Source: Alphaproteobacteria bacterium
Lineage (GTDB): Bacteria; Pseudomonadota; Alphaproteobacteria; MPNO01
Assembly: GCA_965248835.1 (NCBI GenBank)
Contig: CBDFLJ010000001.1
Span: 992,001 to 1,056,000, forward strand
Length of the DNA stretch: 64,000 bases
Direction: 5' to 3'
Under the pieces are notes generated by a model, which worked only from the letters and a program-made list of their open reading frames with translations, was not told the DNA's origin and searched no databases. Positions 1-7,849 of the stretch are shown here, one piece after another. The translations under genes and the position numbers were made by a program. Positions within the stretch are counted from its first letter, which is position 1. Each line of letters opens with the position of its first letter.

Positions 1-3
1 GGC

Positions 4-306
4 CTATTCCGCGGCTGGCTGCACCCGGCCGGCGATCGCTTCCCGGAGGCCTTCGAGCAGGCCTTCGAGGTGGGCCATGCGGCGGTCGAGATCACCGACC
101 CGATCCTCGAGCTTGCCGATGCGGTCGTCGAGCTTGCCGATGCGGTCGTCGAGCCGAGCCTCGAGCTTGCTGATGCGGTCGTCGAGCCGGGTCTCGAGCT
201 CGCTGATGCGGTCGTTGATCCGGGCCTCGGCGCGAAAGATCGCTCCGCCGAGCAGCCCGGCAAGGGCGACGCCGACCGCGAGAATGGCTATGAGCTCGGG
301 TGACAT
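4..306 (-). CDS. Membrane-anchored coiled-coil protein (N-terminal hydrophobic helix plus LDDRI(S/G)K repeats)
   Basis: 100-aa ORF; hydrophobic LIAILAVGVALAGLLGGAIF followed by heptad/hendecad repeats. Confidence 0.75.
   Translation of the reverse strand: MSPELIAILAVGVALAGLLGGAIFRAEARINDRISELETRLDDRISKLEARLDDRIGKLDDRIGKLEDRVGDLDRRMAHLEGLLEGLREAIAGRVQPAAE
107..214. repeat. Intragenic tandem repeat: four copies of a 21-bp unit, two of the gaps filled by 12-bp linkers
   Basis: Units tcgagct(t/c)gc(c/t)gatgcggtcg at 107-127, 128-148, 161-181 and 194-214; linkers at 149-160 and 182-193. Confidence 0.9.
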
Positions 307-506
307 GCTCGAAGCCTAGCCGGGATCGCCGCGGCAGCCAAGCGGCGATCATCGGTTCTCCGCCCCGATCGATTGGCGCAACGGTGCTCCAGACTCTTGG
401 GCCGGGCTCACGATCGCCACCGGCAGCCATCGGCGGGGAGGCTTTGGGAGAACCTCTTTTCAGGTGATACTATCGCAGGGTTGGAGAGCGCAGCGGGGCG
501 GCACCG

Positions 507-662
507 ATGACCGCGAAATTCTCCGAGAATGTCGTCTCCCTCACCGACTCGGAGGTCGAACCCGGCCGTGCGGTCGGGCTTGCGGCGGGCGCATCGCTCG
601 GCCGCCGCAAGCCCTGCAACGCGCGAGGCGGGCCGGCGCTTCCGGAGGTTAGGCGGAGATGA
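507..662 (+). CDS. Putative 51-aa small peptide MTAKFSENVVSLTDSEVEPGRAVGLAAGASLGRRKPCNARGGPALPEVRRR
   Basis: Translated by hand (below the ORF-track cutoff); its TGA overlaps the ATG at 659 (ATGA overlap); weak SD. Confidence 0.35.
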   Translation: MTAKFSENVVSLTDSEVEPGRAVGLAAGASLGRRKPCNARGGPALPEVRRR

Positions 663-1207
663 CGGCGTGCCGCCCGCACCACCCGGCCATGGGACGGATC
701 ATCGCCCGCGCCTGGTCGGAGCCGCAATTCGCCCGGCGCCTGCTTGCCGACCCCGAAGCCGCGCTGTCCGATCTCGGCCTCGCGGTCCCGGCGGGGAAGA
801 CCGTGCGCGTGTGCGCGAACAGGCCGCGGCTCACCCACATCGTCCTGCCGTCGCCGCGCTACACCGAGACCTTGTCGGCCTATGCTGAGATCAAGGAATT
901 CGGCGAAGTCTACCGTGACCCGCGGCTCGCGCCGCTGAACTGGGCCAGCCGCGACCCCGTCCTGACGGCAAGGTTGAAGTCCGACCCGAAGGCGGTGCTG
1001 GCCGGCATGGGCGTGACGGTGGCCGAGGCGATGGCGCTCGCGGTGGTGGTCAACACGACCGCGCTGGCCCACCTGGTCGTGCCGGCGCGGCCCGAGGATT
1101 CGGACCTGACCGAGGCGGTCATGGCGCGGATCGCCCAGGGATGGGTCCCGTCTTGCCTTCGCCATGCTGCGCTCGAAGGGCCGGTGCGCTACGATCGTCT
1201 GGTCTGA
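659..1207 (+). CDS. Tandem nitrile hydratase leader peptide (NHLP)-like domain protein
   Basis: Two copies of an ARAW..P.F..RL..DP...L...G..VP....V.V..N.....H.VLP-like pattern; no CxxCSC metal motif; GGAGG SD at 644-648. Confidence 0.75.
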   Translation: MTACRPHHPAMGRIIARAWSEPQFARRLLADPEAALSDLGLAVPAGKTVRVCANRPRLTHIVLPSPRYTETLSAYAEIKEFGEVYRDPRLAPLNWASRDPVLTARLKSDPKAVLAGMGVTVAEAMALAVVVNTTALAHLVVPARPEDSDLTEAVMARIAQGWVPSCLRHAALEGPVRYDRLV

Positions 1208-1237
1208 AACCGCCCGCCTCACCGCCGGGACAGCGAG

Positions 1238-1978
1238 ATGGAGACCATCGTATACGGCCATGTCGGCGGCGCGAGCCTGCTCGCCGATATCGCCAGGCCC
1301 GCGGCGGGCGCCCGGCTGCCGGTGATCCTGTCGATCCACGGTGGGCGATGGTATTTCGGAACCCGCAAGGACACCGGCGCGATCGACGTCGATCAATGGG
1401 CCGGGTTCGGCTTCTTCGCGCTCAGCATCGACTATCGGCTGGTCACCTGCACGCCCGCACCGGCGCCCTACCAGGACGTGCTGTGCGCCATCCGCTGGGT
1501 GCATGCCCATGCGCAGGAATTCGATCTCGACCGCGACCGGATTTTCCTGATCGGGATGTCGTCGGGCGGCCACCTGGCCTCGCTCGCGGCGACGCTGGGC
1601 GAGGGCGGCTTCCCGAAGACCGGCGGCTGGGACGACTATCCTGTGCGCTTTCGGGCCGCGGTCTGCGTCTCGGGCGCCTACGATCTCGTCAGCCTGGACT
1701 GGGGCGCCGGATGGGCGCCGCCGGGCGAGCCCTTCCCGGACGCACGGCAATACGCTTCGCCGATCCGCCACGTCGCGCCCGACAACGCACCGCAACTGAT
1801 CCTGCATTCCGACGATGACCCCTCGATCCCGATCGAGCAGGTCCTGCGCATGACCGCGGCGCTCGAAGCGGCCGGGGCGCCGCACAGCTTCCTGCGCTAC
1901 ACCGACCGCGGCCACATGTTCATCACCGAGGAGGTCATCGCGGCCGCGCGCGCGTTCATCGCCGAATGCGCCGCCTGA
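1238..1978 (+). CDS. Alpha/beta hydrolase (HSL/BD-FAE-like esterase or peptidase)
   Basis: HGG oxyanion motif, DYRL, GMSSGG nucleophile elbow, acidic HSDDD and C-terminal GH. Confidence 0.9.
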   Translation: METIVYGHVGGASLLADIARPAAGARLPVILSIHGGRWYFGTRKDTGAIDVDQWAGFGFFALSIDYRLVTCTPAPAPYQDVLCAIRWVHAHAQEFDLDRDRIFLIGMSSGGHLASLAATLGEGGFPKTGGWDDYPVRFRAAVCVSGAYDLVSLDWGAGWAPPGEPFPDARQYASPIRHVAPDNAPQLILHSDDDPSIPIEQVLRMTAALEAAGAPHSFLRYTDRGHMFITEEVIAAARAFIAECAA

Positions 1979-1986
1979 GCCGGCGC

Positions 1987-2082
1987 CTACCGGTAGAGTT
2001 CGACATGAAGGACCGCGACCACCGCCGCCAGGGCCAGCACGATGAACGGCAGGTAGGGCAGCAGGCGGCGGAACAGACGCAT
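1987..2082 (-). CDS. Putative 31-aa single-pass membrane peptide MRLFRRLLPYLPFIVLALAAVVAVLHVELYR
   Basis: Translated by hand; basic N-terminus then hydrophobic helix; GC3-rich codons; convergent with the hydrolase. Confidence 0.45.
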   Translation of the reverse strand: MRLFRRLLPYLPFIVLALAAVVAVLHVELYR

Positions 2083-2086
2083 CACG

Positions 2087-2133
2087 GGCTCAGGGCTTGA
2101 AGGTCGCAGGTTCGGATTTCATTCCGGCAACCA
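2087..2133 (+). pseudogene. Degenerate 3' half of an initiator-type tRNA-Met
   Basis: GGCTCAgggcTTGAAGGTCGCAGGTTCggatttcattccgGCAACCA aligns without gaps to the recalled tRNA-fMet 3' half GGCTCATAACCTGAAGGTCGCAGGTTCAAATCCTGCCCCCGCAACCA; anticodon and T-stem are destroyed. Confidence 0.6.
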
Positions 2134-2305
2134 CGAAGACCGACATTCCCGGCGCCGGCGTAGAGCGCGGTGCGGGTCATGCGGAAGGGCCTCCTGTCGC
2201 GCGCCGGCCTCCGATGCCGCACGGTTGTCGTTGGCAGCACCGGGCCGCGCGAATTCCGCGCGCGATCTGCCGGCCGAGCACACAGGCGCGCGTCCGAGGG
2301 CGACG

Positions 2306-3565
2306 TCATCGCGCGAACATCACCGCACCGACCTCCTCGATCCGTTCGTCCTCGGTGAAGCGCCAGATGCCGATATGGCCGCGGCGCAGATCGCCGTTCT
2401 CGTCCCAGTCCATGCTGCCGGCGGCGCCCTGGTAATCGATCTCCCCGCCCTGGGCGAGAATGCGGAGCGCGTCGGCGACGCCTTGCGGGCCGGCGGTTAC
2501 CACCGTGCCCGGCCGGCTGCCGATTACCCGCAACCGGTCGCGGATCGCCGCACCGTCCAACCGGCCGGCGGCCTGGGCCGCGAGCGCCAGGGCGATCGCC
2601 GCATCATAGGTCTCCTTGACGTAGGCGAGCACCGGCAGCGCGCCGTACGCGGCCTCATACGCCGCCTCCCATGCGGCGGACGCGGCGCTCTCGGGCGCGG
2701 TCGCGGGCCCGGTGCCGTACATGCCGCCGAGGCGAGCACCGCCGATCGACCGCACCAGGCTCAGCCGCTTGGCGGCGTCGCCGAAGATGAAGCGGTCGTA
2801 TAGGCCGTCGTCGATCGCCTCGCGGACCATGATTCGGGCCGCCGCTTCGAAGGCGATCACCACCGGGGCCTGCGCGCCGCCGCGCGCCGACTCGCGCAGC
2901 TCGGCCAGGAAGCCGGTCTGGCCGCGTTCGACCGGGACGGCCTTGACGACACCGTCCCAGGCGGCTTCAAACGCGCCGGCAAGACCCTGCCCCCAGGCGT
3001 CGTCGACATAGACCAGGCCGACATTGTTGAAGCCTCGCTCGCGCGTGACGCGGGCGAGCACCGGTCCCTGCGAAACGTCGGAAAGGGCGGTTCGAAACAT
3101 GAAGTCGTTGTCGGCGGCCGCGGTCAGTTTCGGGGACGTGGCCGAGAAGCTGGCCGTGGGGATGCCGGCCGGGCCGATCACGCGCTCGGCGATCGGCAAC
3201 GCGTTGACGCTGGCGTTGGGGCCGACGATGGCATGCACGCCCTCGACCGCGACGAGACGCCGCGCTTCCGCGACCGCCGTCTCCGGGCTGGCCGTGGTGT
3301 CGCCGACCGCGACCGCCACGGGCCGGCCGAAAACGCCGCCGCCATCGTTGACATGCTTGATCGCGAGGTCGAACGCCCGCTGCCTGTCCCTGTAGATTTC
3401 GGCCGAGCCGGTGCTGAAATCCATCAGCAGCCCGATCTTGAGGGCGGCGGGCCCGCCCGGCTGCGCCGCCGCCGCGGATGCGCCGGCCAGCAACATGCCG
3501 GCCGCGCCCAGCATCCGGAGCACGCGCGCGCCGGGCGATGTCCCGTTGTGGAACGCGCGGATCAT
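2306..3565 (-). CDS. ABC transporter substrate-binding protein, branched-chain amino acid (LivJ/Peripla_BP_6) family
   Basis: Signal peptide ending AAAAQ; KIGLL, INDGGGVFG-like, GVHAIVGP, SATSPKLT, MFRTA; strong SD (AGGAGAGGAGG) upstream of 3565. Confidence 0.9.
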   Translation of the reverse strand: MIRAFHNGTSPGARVLRMLGAAGMLLAGASAAAAQPGGPAALKIGLLMDFSTGSAEIYRDRQRAFDLAIKHVNDGGGVFGRPVAVAVGDTTASPETAVAEARRLVAVEGVHAIVGPNASVNALPIAERVIGPAGIPTASFSATSPKLTAAADNDFMFRTALSDVSQGPVLARVTRERGFNNVGLVYVDDAWGQGLAGAFEAAWDGVVKAVPVERGQTGFLAELRESARGGAQAPVVIAFEAAARIMVREAIDDGLYDRFIFGDAAKRLSLVRSIGGARLGGMYGTGPATAPESAASAAWEAAYEAAYGALPVLAYVKETYDAAIALALAAQAAGRLDGAAIRDRLRVIGSRPGTVVTAGPQGVADALRILAQGGEIDYQGAAGSMDWDENGDLRRGHIGIWRFTEDERIEEVGAVMFAR

Positions 3566-4433
3566 CGGGAACGTCCTCCTCTCCTGCCATGGCCGCCCGC
3601 GCCTTCGCCGCGCCCCGCGCTCCGTTCTCCTGCCGCCGGCGCGCCCGCCCCCGCAGCGTGACGCTACCGCGGCCGCGCCGGAGAAGTCTTCCGGGTGCTC
3701 GCGCTCGTTTGGGGGCGGCGGCAGCGGCTGTTCGTCCGGCGATCCAGCCACCGTGCGGAACCCCCTGTCGCCGGCAAGCGGAATCGGCCGGCTTTTGTAG
3801 CACCAATCGGCCGCTTCGGTTATCGCTGTCGGCCCGGCCGCCTTGATGATCGCGGAAAGCGACAACACGGCAGCCGACGCTTTGATGAATTTCATCGGCA
3901 GGGAACGGCTGGACGCACTTGGCGGCCTTTCCCCGTTTCTGACCACGCGCGCGTTTTTTCTACTCAAAGAGGCCGATAGATGACAAACGCTCTCGGGACT
4001 CTACGCGTCCGTTTTTCCAAGTCTTGCCGAAAGACCTTAACAAACAAAGCGGCGACATCTCCGCTGCCGTGCCGGCTCCGCGACGCCTGCCGCGATAAAG
4101 TCCGCCTCAGGCGCCCAACGGCGAGCGCAGGACGAATAGGCTGGGCCGGCGGGCCGGGCCGGCCCCTCGGCCAAGAACCGGCGACCGGCATCGGAGAAGG
4201 CTCGGGGCGCCTCCGTAAGTCTATCGAGTCTGTAGAGACCAGGTCGTATCGAGCACAACCCGCACGGCTTCGTCCTGTCCGCCCGCCGTACCGGTCTCCG
4301 GCGGCGAGGCCGATACCGGGTGAATTTCGCCGGAAACTCGCCTACTATGCCGGCCGGCCGCAATGAACGCTGTCACATGCGCGTCGCCGGGGCGAGACAT
4401 CGAACGCGCCGCCGCACCTGATGGGGGAGAGAA

Positions 4434-5468
4434 ATGCACAGGATTGCCAGAATCGCCGCGCCCGCCGCTGCCGCGGGGCTGCTTGCCGCCACGGTGCCGG
4501 CCGCCGCCGAGACCAACATTCTGTTCAACTATTTCGTGCCGCCGAAACACCCGCTCAAGATCGGCATCATCGATCACTGGGCGGAGCGCGTCACCAAGGG
4601 CAGCGAAGGCCGGATCAAGGTCGGCTATCCGGCGAAGACGCTCGCCCCGGCACCCCGCCAGTGGAAGATGGTGACATCGGGCATCGCCGACGCGACCGTG
4701 ATGTTCAACAATTTCGAGCGCAAGCGGTTGTCGCTTGACCAGGTCGGCACCCTGCCGTTCAGCATCACCGACGCGTCATCCACCGCGACCGCGCTGTGGC
4801 GAACCCATAAGAAGTATTTCGAGGCGAAGAACCAATACAAGGGCGTGAAGCTGCTCGGCTACATCATGCATGGCGGCGGCGAGTTCTTCAGCCTCAGGGA
4901 TCCGATCCTGTCACTGGCCGACTTGCGCAAAATGAAGCTGCGCACGCCGCCGGGGGATGTCGCCAAGGCGGTGGGCAGGACCGGCGCGGCGGTCGTCCCG
5001 ACCCCCGGTGTCAAGGCCTATAGCGTGGTCTCGAAAGGGATTGTCGACGGCATGGTCTTCCCCATCGGCGACGTGTGGAAGCTGAAGATGATGCCCTACG
5101 TCAAGCACCTCACGAAAGTGCCGGGCAAGGTCTACGGAGCGGTTTTCTCGCTCTATATGAACCAGAGGGTGTGGGACAAGCTGTCCAAGGCCGACAAGGC
5201 CGTCGTGACGGCCGCCTCGAGAGAGAAGATATCCGGGGATTCCAACAACTGGGGAGACATCGACATGGAGGCCGAGGCGCTGTACCGCAAGCGCGGGATC
5301 GGAGTCCATGACGCATCCGCTTCCTTCACCGCCGAACTCCGGAAGCTGTGGGCTTATCAGGACGAGAAGTGGATCGCGACGGCCGACAAGCTGGGCGTCG
5401 ACGGAAAGGCGGCGCTGGCCTATTACCGAGCCGAGTCGAAGAGGATTTTCACATCGCGCGGCAAGTAG
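4434..5468 (+). CDS. dctP: TRAP transporter substrate-binding protein
   Basis: Signal peptide; DLRKMKLR and KGIVDG motifs; first gene of the P-Q-M operon. Confidence 0.9.
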   Translation: MHRIARIAAPAAAAGLLAATVPAAAETNILFNYFVPPKHPLKIGIIDHWAERVTKGSEGRIKVGYPAKTLAPAPRQWKMVTSGIADATVMFNNFERKRLSLDQVGTLPFSITDASSTATALWRTHKKYFEAKNQYKGVKLLGYIMHGGGEFFSLRDPILSLADLRKMKLRTPPGDVAKAVGRTGAAVVPTPGVKAYSVVSKGIVDGMVFPIGDVWKLKMMPYVKHLTKVPGKVYGAVFSLYMNQRVWDKLSKADKAVVTAASREKISGDSNNWGDIDMEAEALYRKRGIGVHDASASFTAELRKLWAYQDEKWIATADKLGVDGKAALAYYRAESKRIFTSRGK

Positions 5469-5483
5469 CGCGGTTTCCGGTCC

Positions 5484-6002
5484 ATGTCCGGCGGACCGAG
5501 CGGGTCGGAGGCCGACGAAATCCGGCCCGACGGCTGGTTCGAGGCGTTCCTGATGGTGATCGTCGGTACGACGATTTTCCTGATGATGGCGATCACCTTC
5601 GTCGATGTCGTCGGCCGCTACGGGTTCAATGCGCCGGTTCCGGGCGGCTTCGAGCTGATCGAATTCCTGATGCCGCTGTCGATCTTCGCGGGCTTGCCGA
5701 TCATCACCCGGCGCCGAACCCATATCGTGGTCAGCATCCTGGACAGATGGTTCCGCGGAAGGATCGGCGATGTTCGCCGACTGGTTGTCGATATCGGTTC
5801 CCTCGCGGTTGTGGCCTTCATCGCCGAGCGCTTGTGGAGCCAGGGTGACGGGCTGGCGGAGGCCCAGATCGAGTCCGGTTACCTGGAGTGGCCGGTGGCC
5901 CCCGCCGCATACGCGATCAGTGTCCTGAGCTGCGTCACCTGCGTGGTTCTCGCGCTGATGGTTGCCCGCGACGTGAAGGCGCTGATGGCCCGAGGCGCGT
6001 GA
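5484..6002 (+). CDS. dctQ: TRAP transporter small permease
   Basis: Four TM helices; DVVGRYGFNAPVPG..EL and HIVV motifs. Confidence 0.9.
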   Translation: MSGGPSGSEADEIRPDGWFEAFLMVIVGTTIFLMMAITFVDVVGRYGFNAPVPGGFELIEFLMPLSIFAGLPIITRRRTHIVVSILDRWFRGRIGDVRRLVVDIGSLAVVAFIAERLWSQGDGLAEAQIESGYLEWPVAPAAYAISVLSCVTCVVLALMVARDVKALMARGA

Positions 6003-6015
6003 CGGAACCCGCGGC

Positions 6016-7311
6016 ATGACGGAATCGCTGATCGGTTTCGCCATCCTCCTGTTCATGGTGTTCATGGGCTTCCCGCTGGGATTCGCCATGGTGGTGGTCG
6101 GCTTTGCCGGGTTCGGGCTGGTGCGCGGCTGGGAACCCGCACTGGAAACCGTGGGACAGCTGATCCTCGACTTCGCGATGAGCTATTCCTTCTCGGTGCT
6201 TCCGCTGTTCGTGCTGATGGGCGCGTTCGTCTACCGGGCGGCGTTGTCGGAGGACCTCTATGACGCCTCGAACGCCTGGCTGGGCCACTACAAGGGCGGC
6301 CTCGCGATGGCGACGGTGGCCGCGTGCGGCGGTTTCAGCGCGGTCTCCGGAAGCTCGGTGGCCACGGCGGCGACCATGGCCAAAGTCGCCATGCCGTCGA
6401 TGCGCCGCTACGGGTACAACGAGAACCTGGCCGCCGGCACGATCGCCGCGGGCGGCACGATGGGCATCCTGATTCCGCCGAGCATCGCCCTGGTGATATA
6501 CGGAATCATCGTCGAGGAAGACGTCGGCAAGCTGTTCATCGCCGGCATCATTCCGGGGATAATTACCGTCCTGCTCTACATCGCCGTGATCAAGGCCCTG
6601 ATCACGATCCGGCCGGGACTGGGGCCGCCGGGCCCCTGGACACCGTGGAAGGAACGGTTCCGCGCGCTCAGGGGTGTCTGGGGGATGGTGGTCCTGTTCG
6701 TTCTGGTCCTGGGCGGCATCTATCTCGGTGTGTTCACCCCCACCGAGGCCGGCGGGATCGGCGCCGTGGGTGCGGTCGTCTTCGCGGTGTCACGCCGCAG
6801 GATGGGCTGGAGGGGATTCTTCAGCGCGCTCGTCGAAGCCGGACAGACCACGGCGATGGTCTTCAGCGTCGCGTTCGGCGCCATCATCCTGTCCAACTTC
6901 ATGAACATTTCGGGCATGCCCAACCAGATCGTCGACTGGGTCAATTCGCTCGATATCGCGCCCATCGCCGTGATCCTGGTGATCTGCCTGATCTATATCG
7001 CCCTCGGCTGCGTGTTCGAGGGTATCGGGATGATCCTGCTGACGGTGCCGATTTTCTACCCGGTGGTTCAGAGCCTGGGCTTCGACCTGATCTGGTTCGG
7101 AATCGTCGTCATCATGGTCACGGAAATCAGCCTCATCACGCCGCCCATCGGAATGAACGTGTTCGTGCTCAAGACGATCATGCCGGAAATGTCGTTGTGG
7201 GGAATTTTCGCCGGTATCAGCCCGTTCTTTGCCGCCGATATCATCCGCCTGCTCCTGATCATCTTCATTCCCGGGCTGGCGCTGTTTCTCCCCGGTCTGA
7301 TGGGCGGATAG
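6016..7311 (+). CDS. dctM: TRAP transporter large permease
   Basis: LPLFVLMG, SGSSVATAA, GILIPPS, FTPTEA and ITPPIGMN motifs. Confidence 0.95.
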   Translation: MTESLIGFAILLFMVFMGFPLGFAMVVVGFAGFGLVRGWEPALETVGQLILDFAMSYSFSVLPLFVLMGAFVYRAALSEDLYDASNAWLGHYKGGLAMATVAACGGFSAVSGSSVATAATMAKVAMPSMRRYGYNENLAAGTIAAGGTMGILIPPSIALVIYGIIVEEDVGKLFIAGIIPGIITVLLYIAVIKALITIRPGLGPPGPWTPWKERFRALRGVWGMVVLFVLVLGGIYLGVFTPTEAGGIGAVGAVVFAVSRRRMGWRGFFSALVEAGQTTAMVFSVAFGAIILSNFMNISGMPNQIVDWVNSLDIAPIAVILVICLIYIALGCVFEGIGMILLTVPIFYPVVQSLGFDLIWFGIVVIMVTEISLITPPIGMNVFVLKTIMPEMSLWGIFAGISPFFAADIIRLLLIIFIPGLALFLPGLMGG

Positions 7312-7397
7312 CGGACGGCGGGGCGTCGGCGAGGGCGTTCCCGGCCCTTGCCCGCCATCCATGCGTCGTCGGCCTTCGCGCGGTGAGTGGTATGCGC

Positions 7398-7565
7398 TCA
7401 CATGTCGGCGGCCAGATCGTCGAAATCGATCCCGCCGCGCCCGCCGCAGCGCACCAGCTCGACGACCGGTCGGCCGTGTTTGGTGATGACCACGCGCTCG
7501 CCGCTCCGGGCGGCGGCGGCGAGCTCGGAAAGGCGGGCCTTCGCCTCACGCAGGGCAAGTTCCAT
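7398..7565 (-). CDS. Phd/YefM-family antitoxin, short and probably truncated, with no adjacent toxin
   Basis: MELALREAKARLSEL...GERVVITKHGRPVVELV Phd DNA-binding motif; 55 aa. Confidence 0.75.
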   Translation of the reverse strand: MELALREAKARLSELAAAARSGERVVITKHGRPVVELVRCGGRGGIDFDDLAADM

Positions 7566-7849
7566 GATCGAACGCTCCCGATGACCGGTTCGAGTCGGTA
7601 CTCTGCCCGTGGTACCGCCAATCAACACTACAATGTGGCCGCCGCGATTTCGGCCCTGCCTTGCGGCCGGCCACGGAGACCGCCGCCGCTGCCGCGCCGG
7701 GTTCGACCGCCGCGCGGGCGCGGCATCGTCCGCGGCGCCGTCTGTGGACCGATGCCGTTACGCCGTGGTAACCGTTGCCGGCCGTGGAGTGCATCGACGG
7801 GATGGCCCGCTTTGCCGGTTGGAGTCTTTCACACAAGGGAAGCAGCGTC

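Noticed and set aside
107-214. Possible CRISPR array
   Set aside because: The units are contiguous or separated by similar 12-bp linkers, keep the reading frame of a coiled-coil gene, and no cas genes are present.
659-1207. Catalytic nitrile hydratase alpha subunit
   Set aside because: It lacks the CxxCSC metal-binding motif and has no adjacent beta subunit.
3566-3967. 133-aa N-terminal extension of the ABC binding protein
   Set aside because: A strong SD and a signal peptide define the start at 3565; the upstream translation has no recognisable domain.
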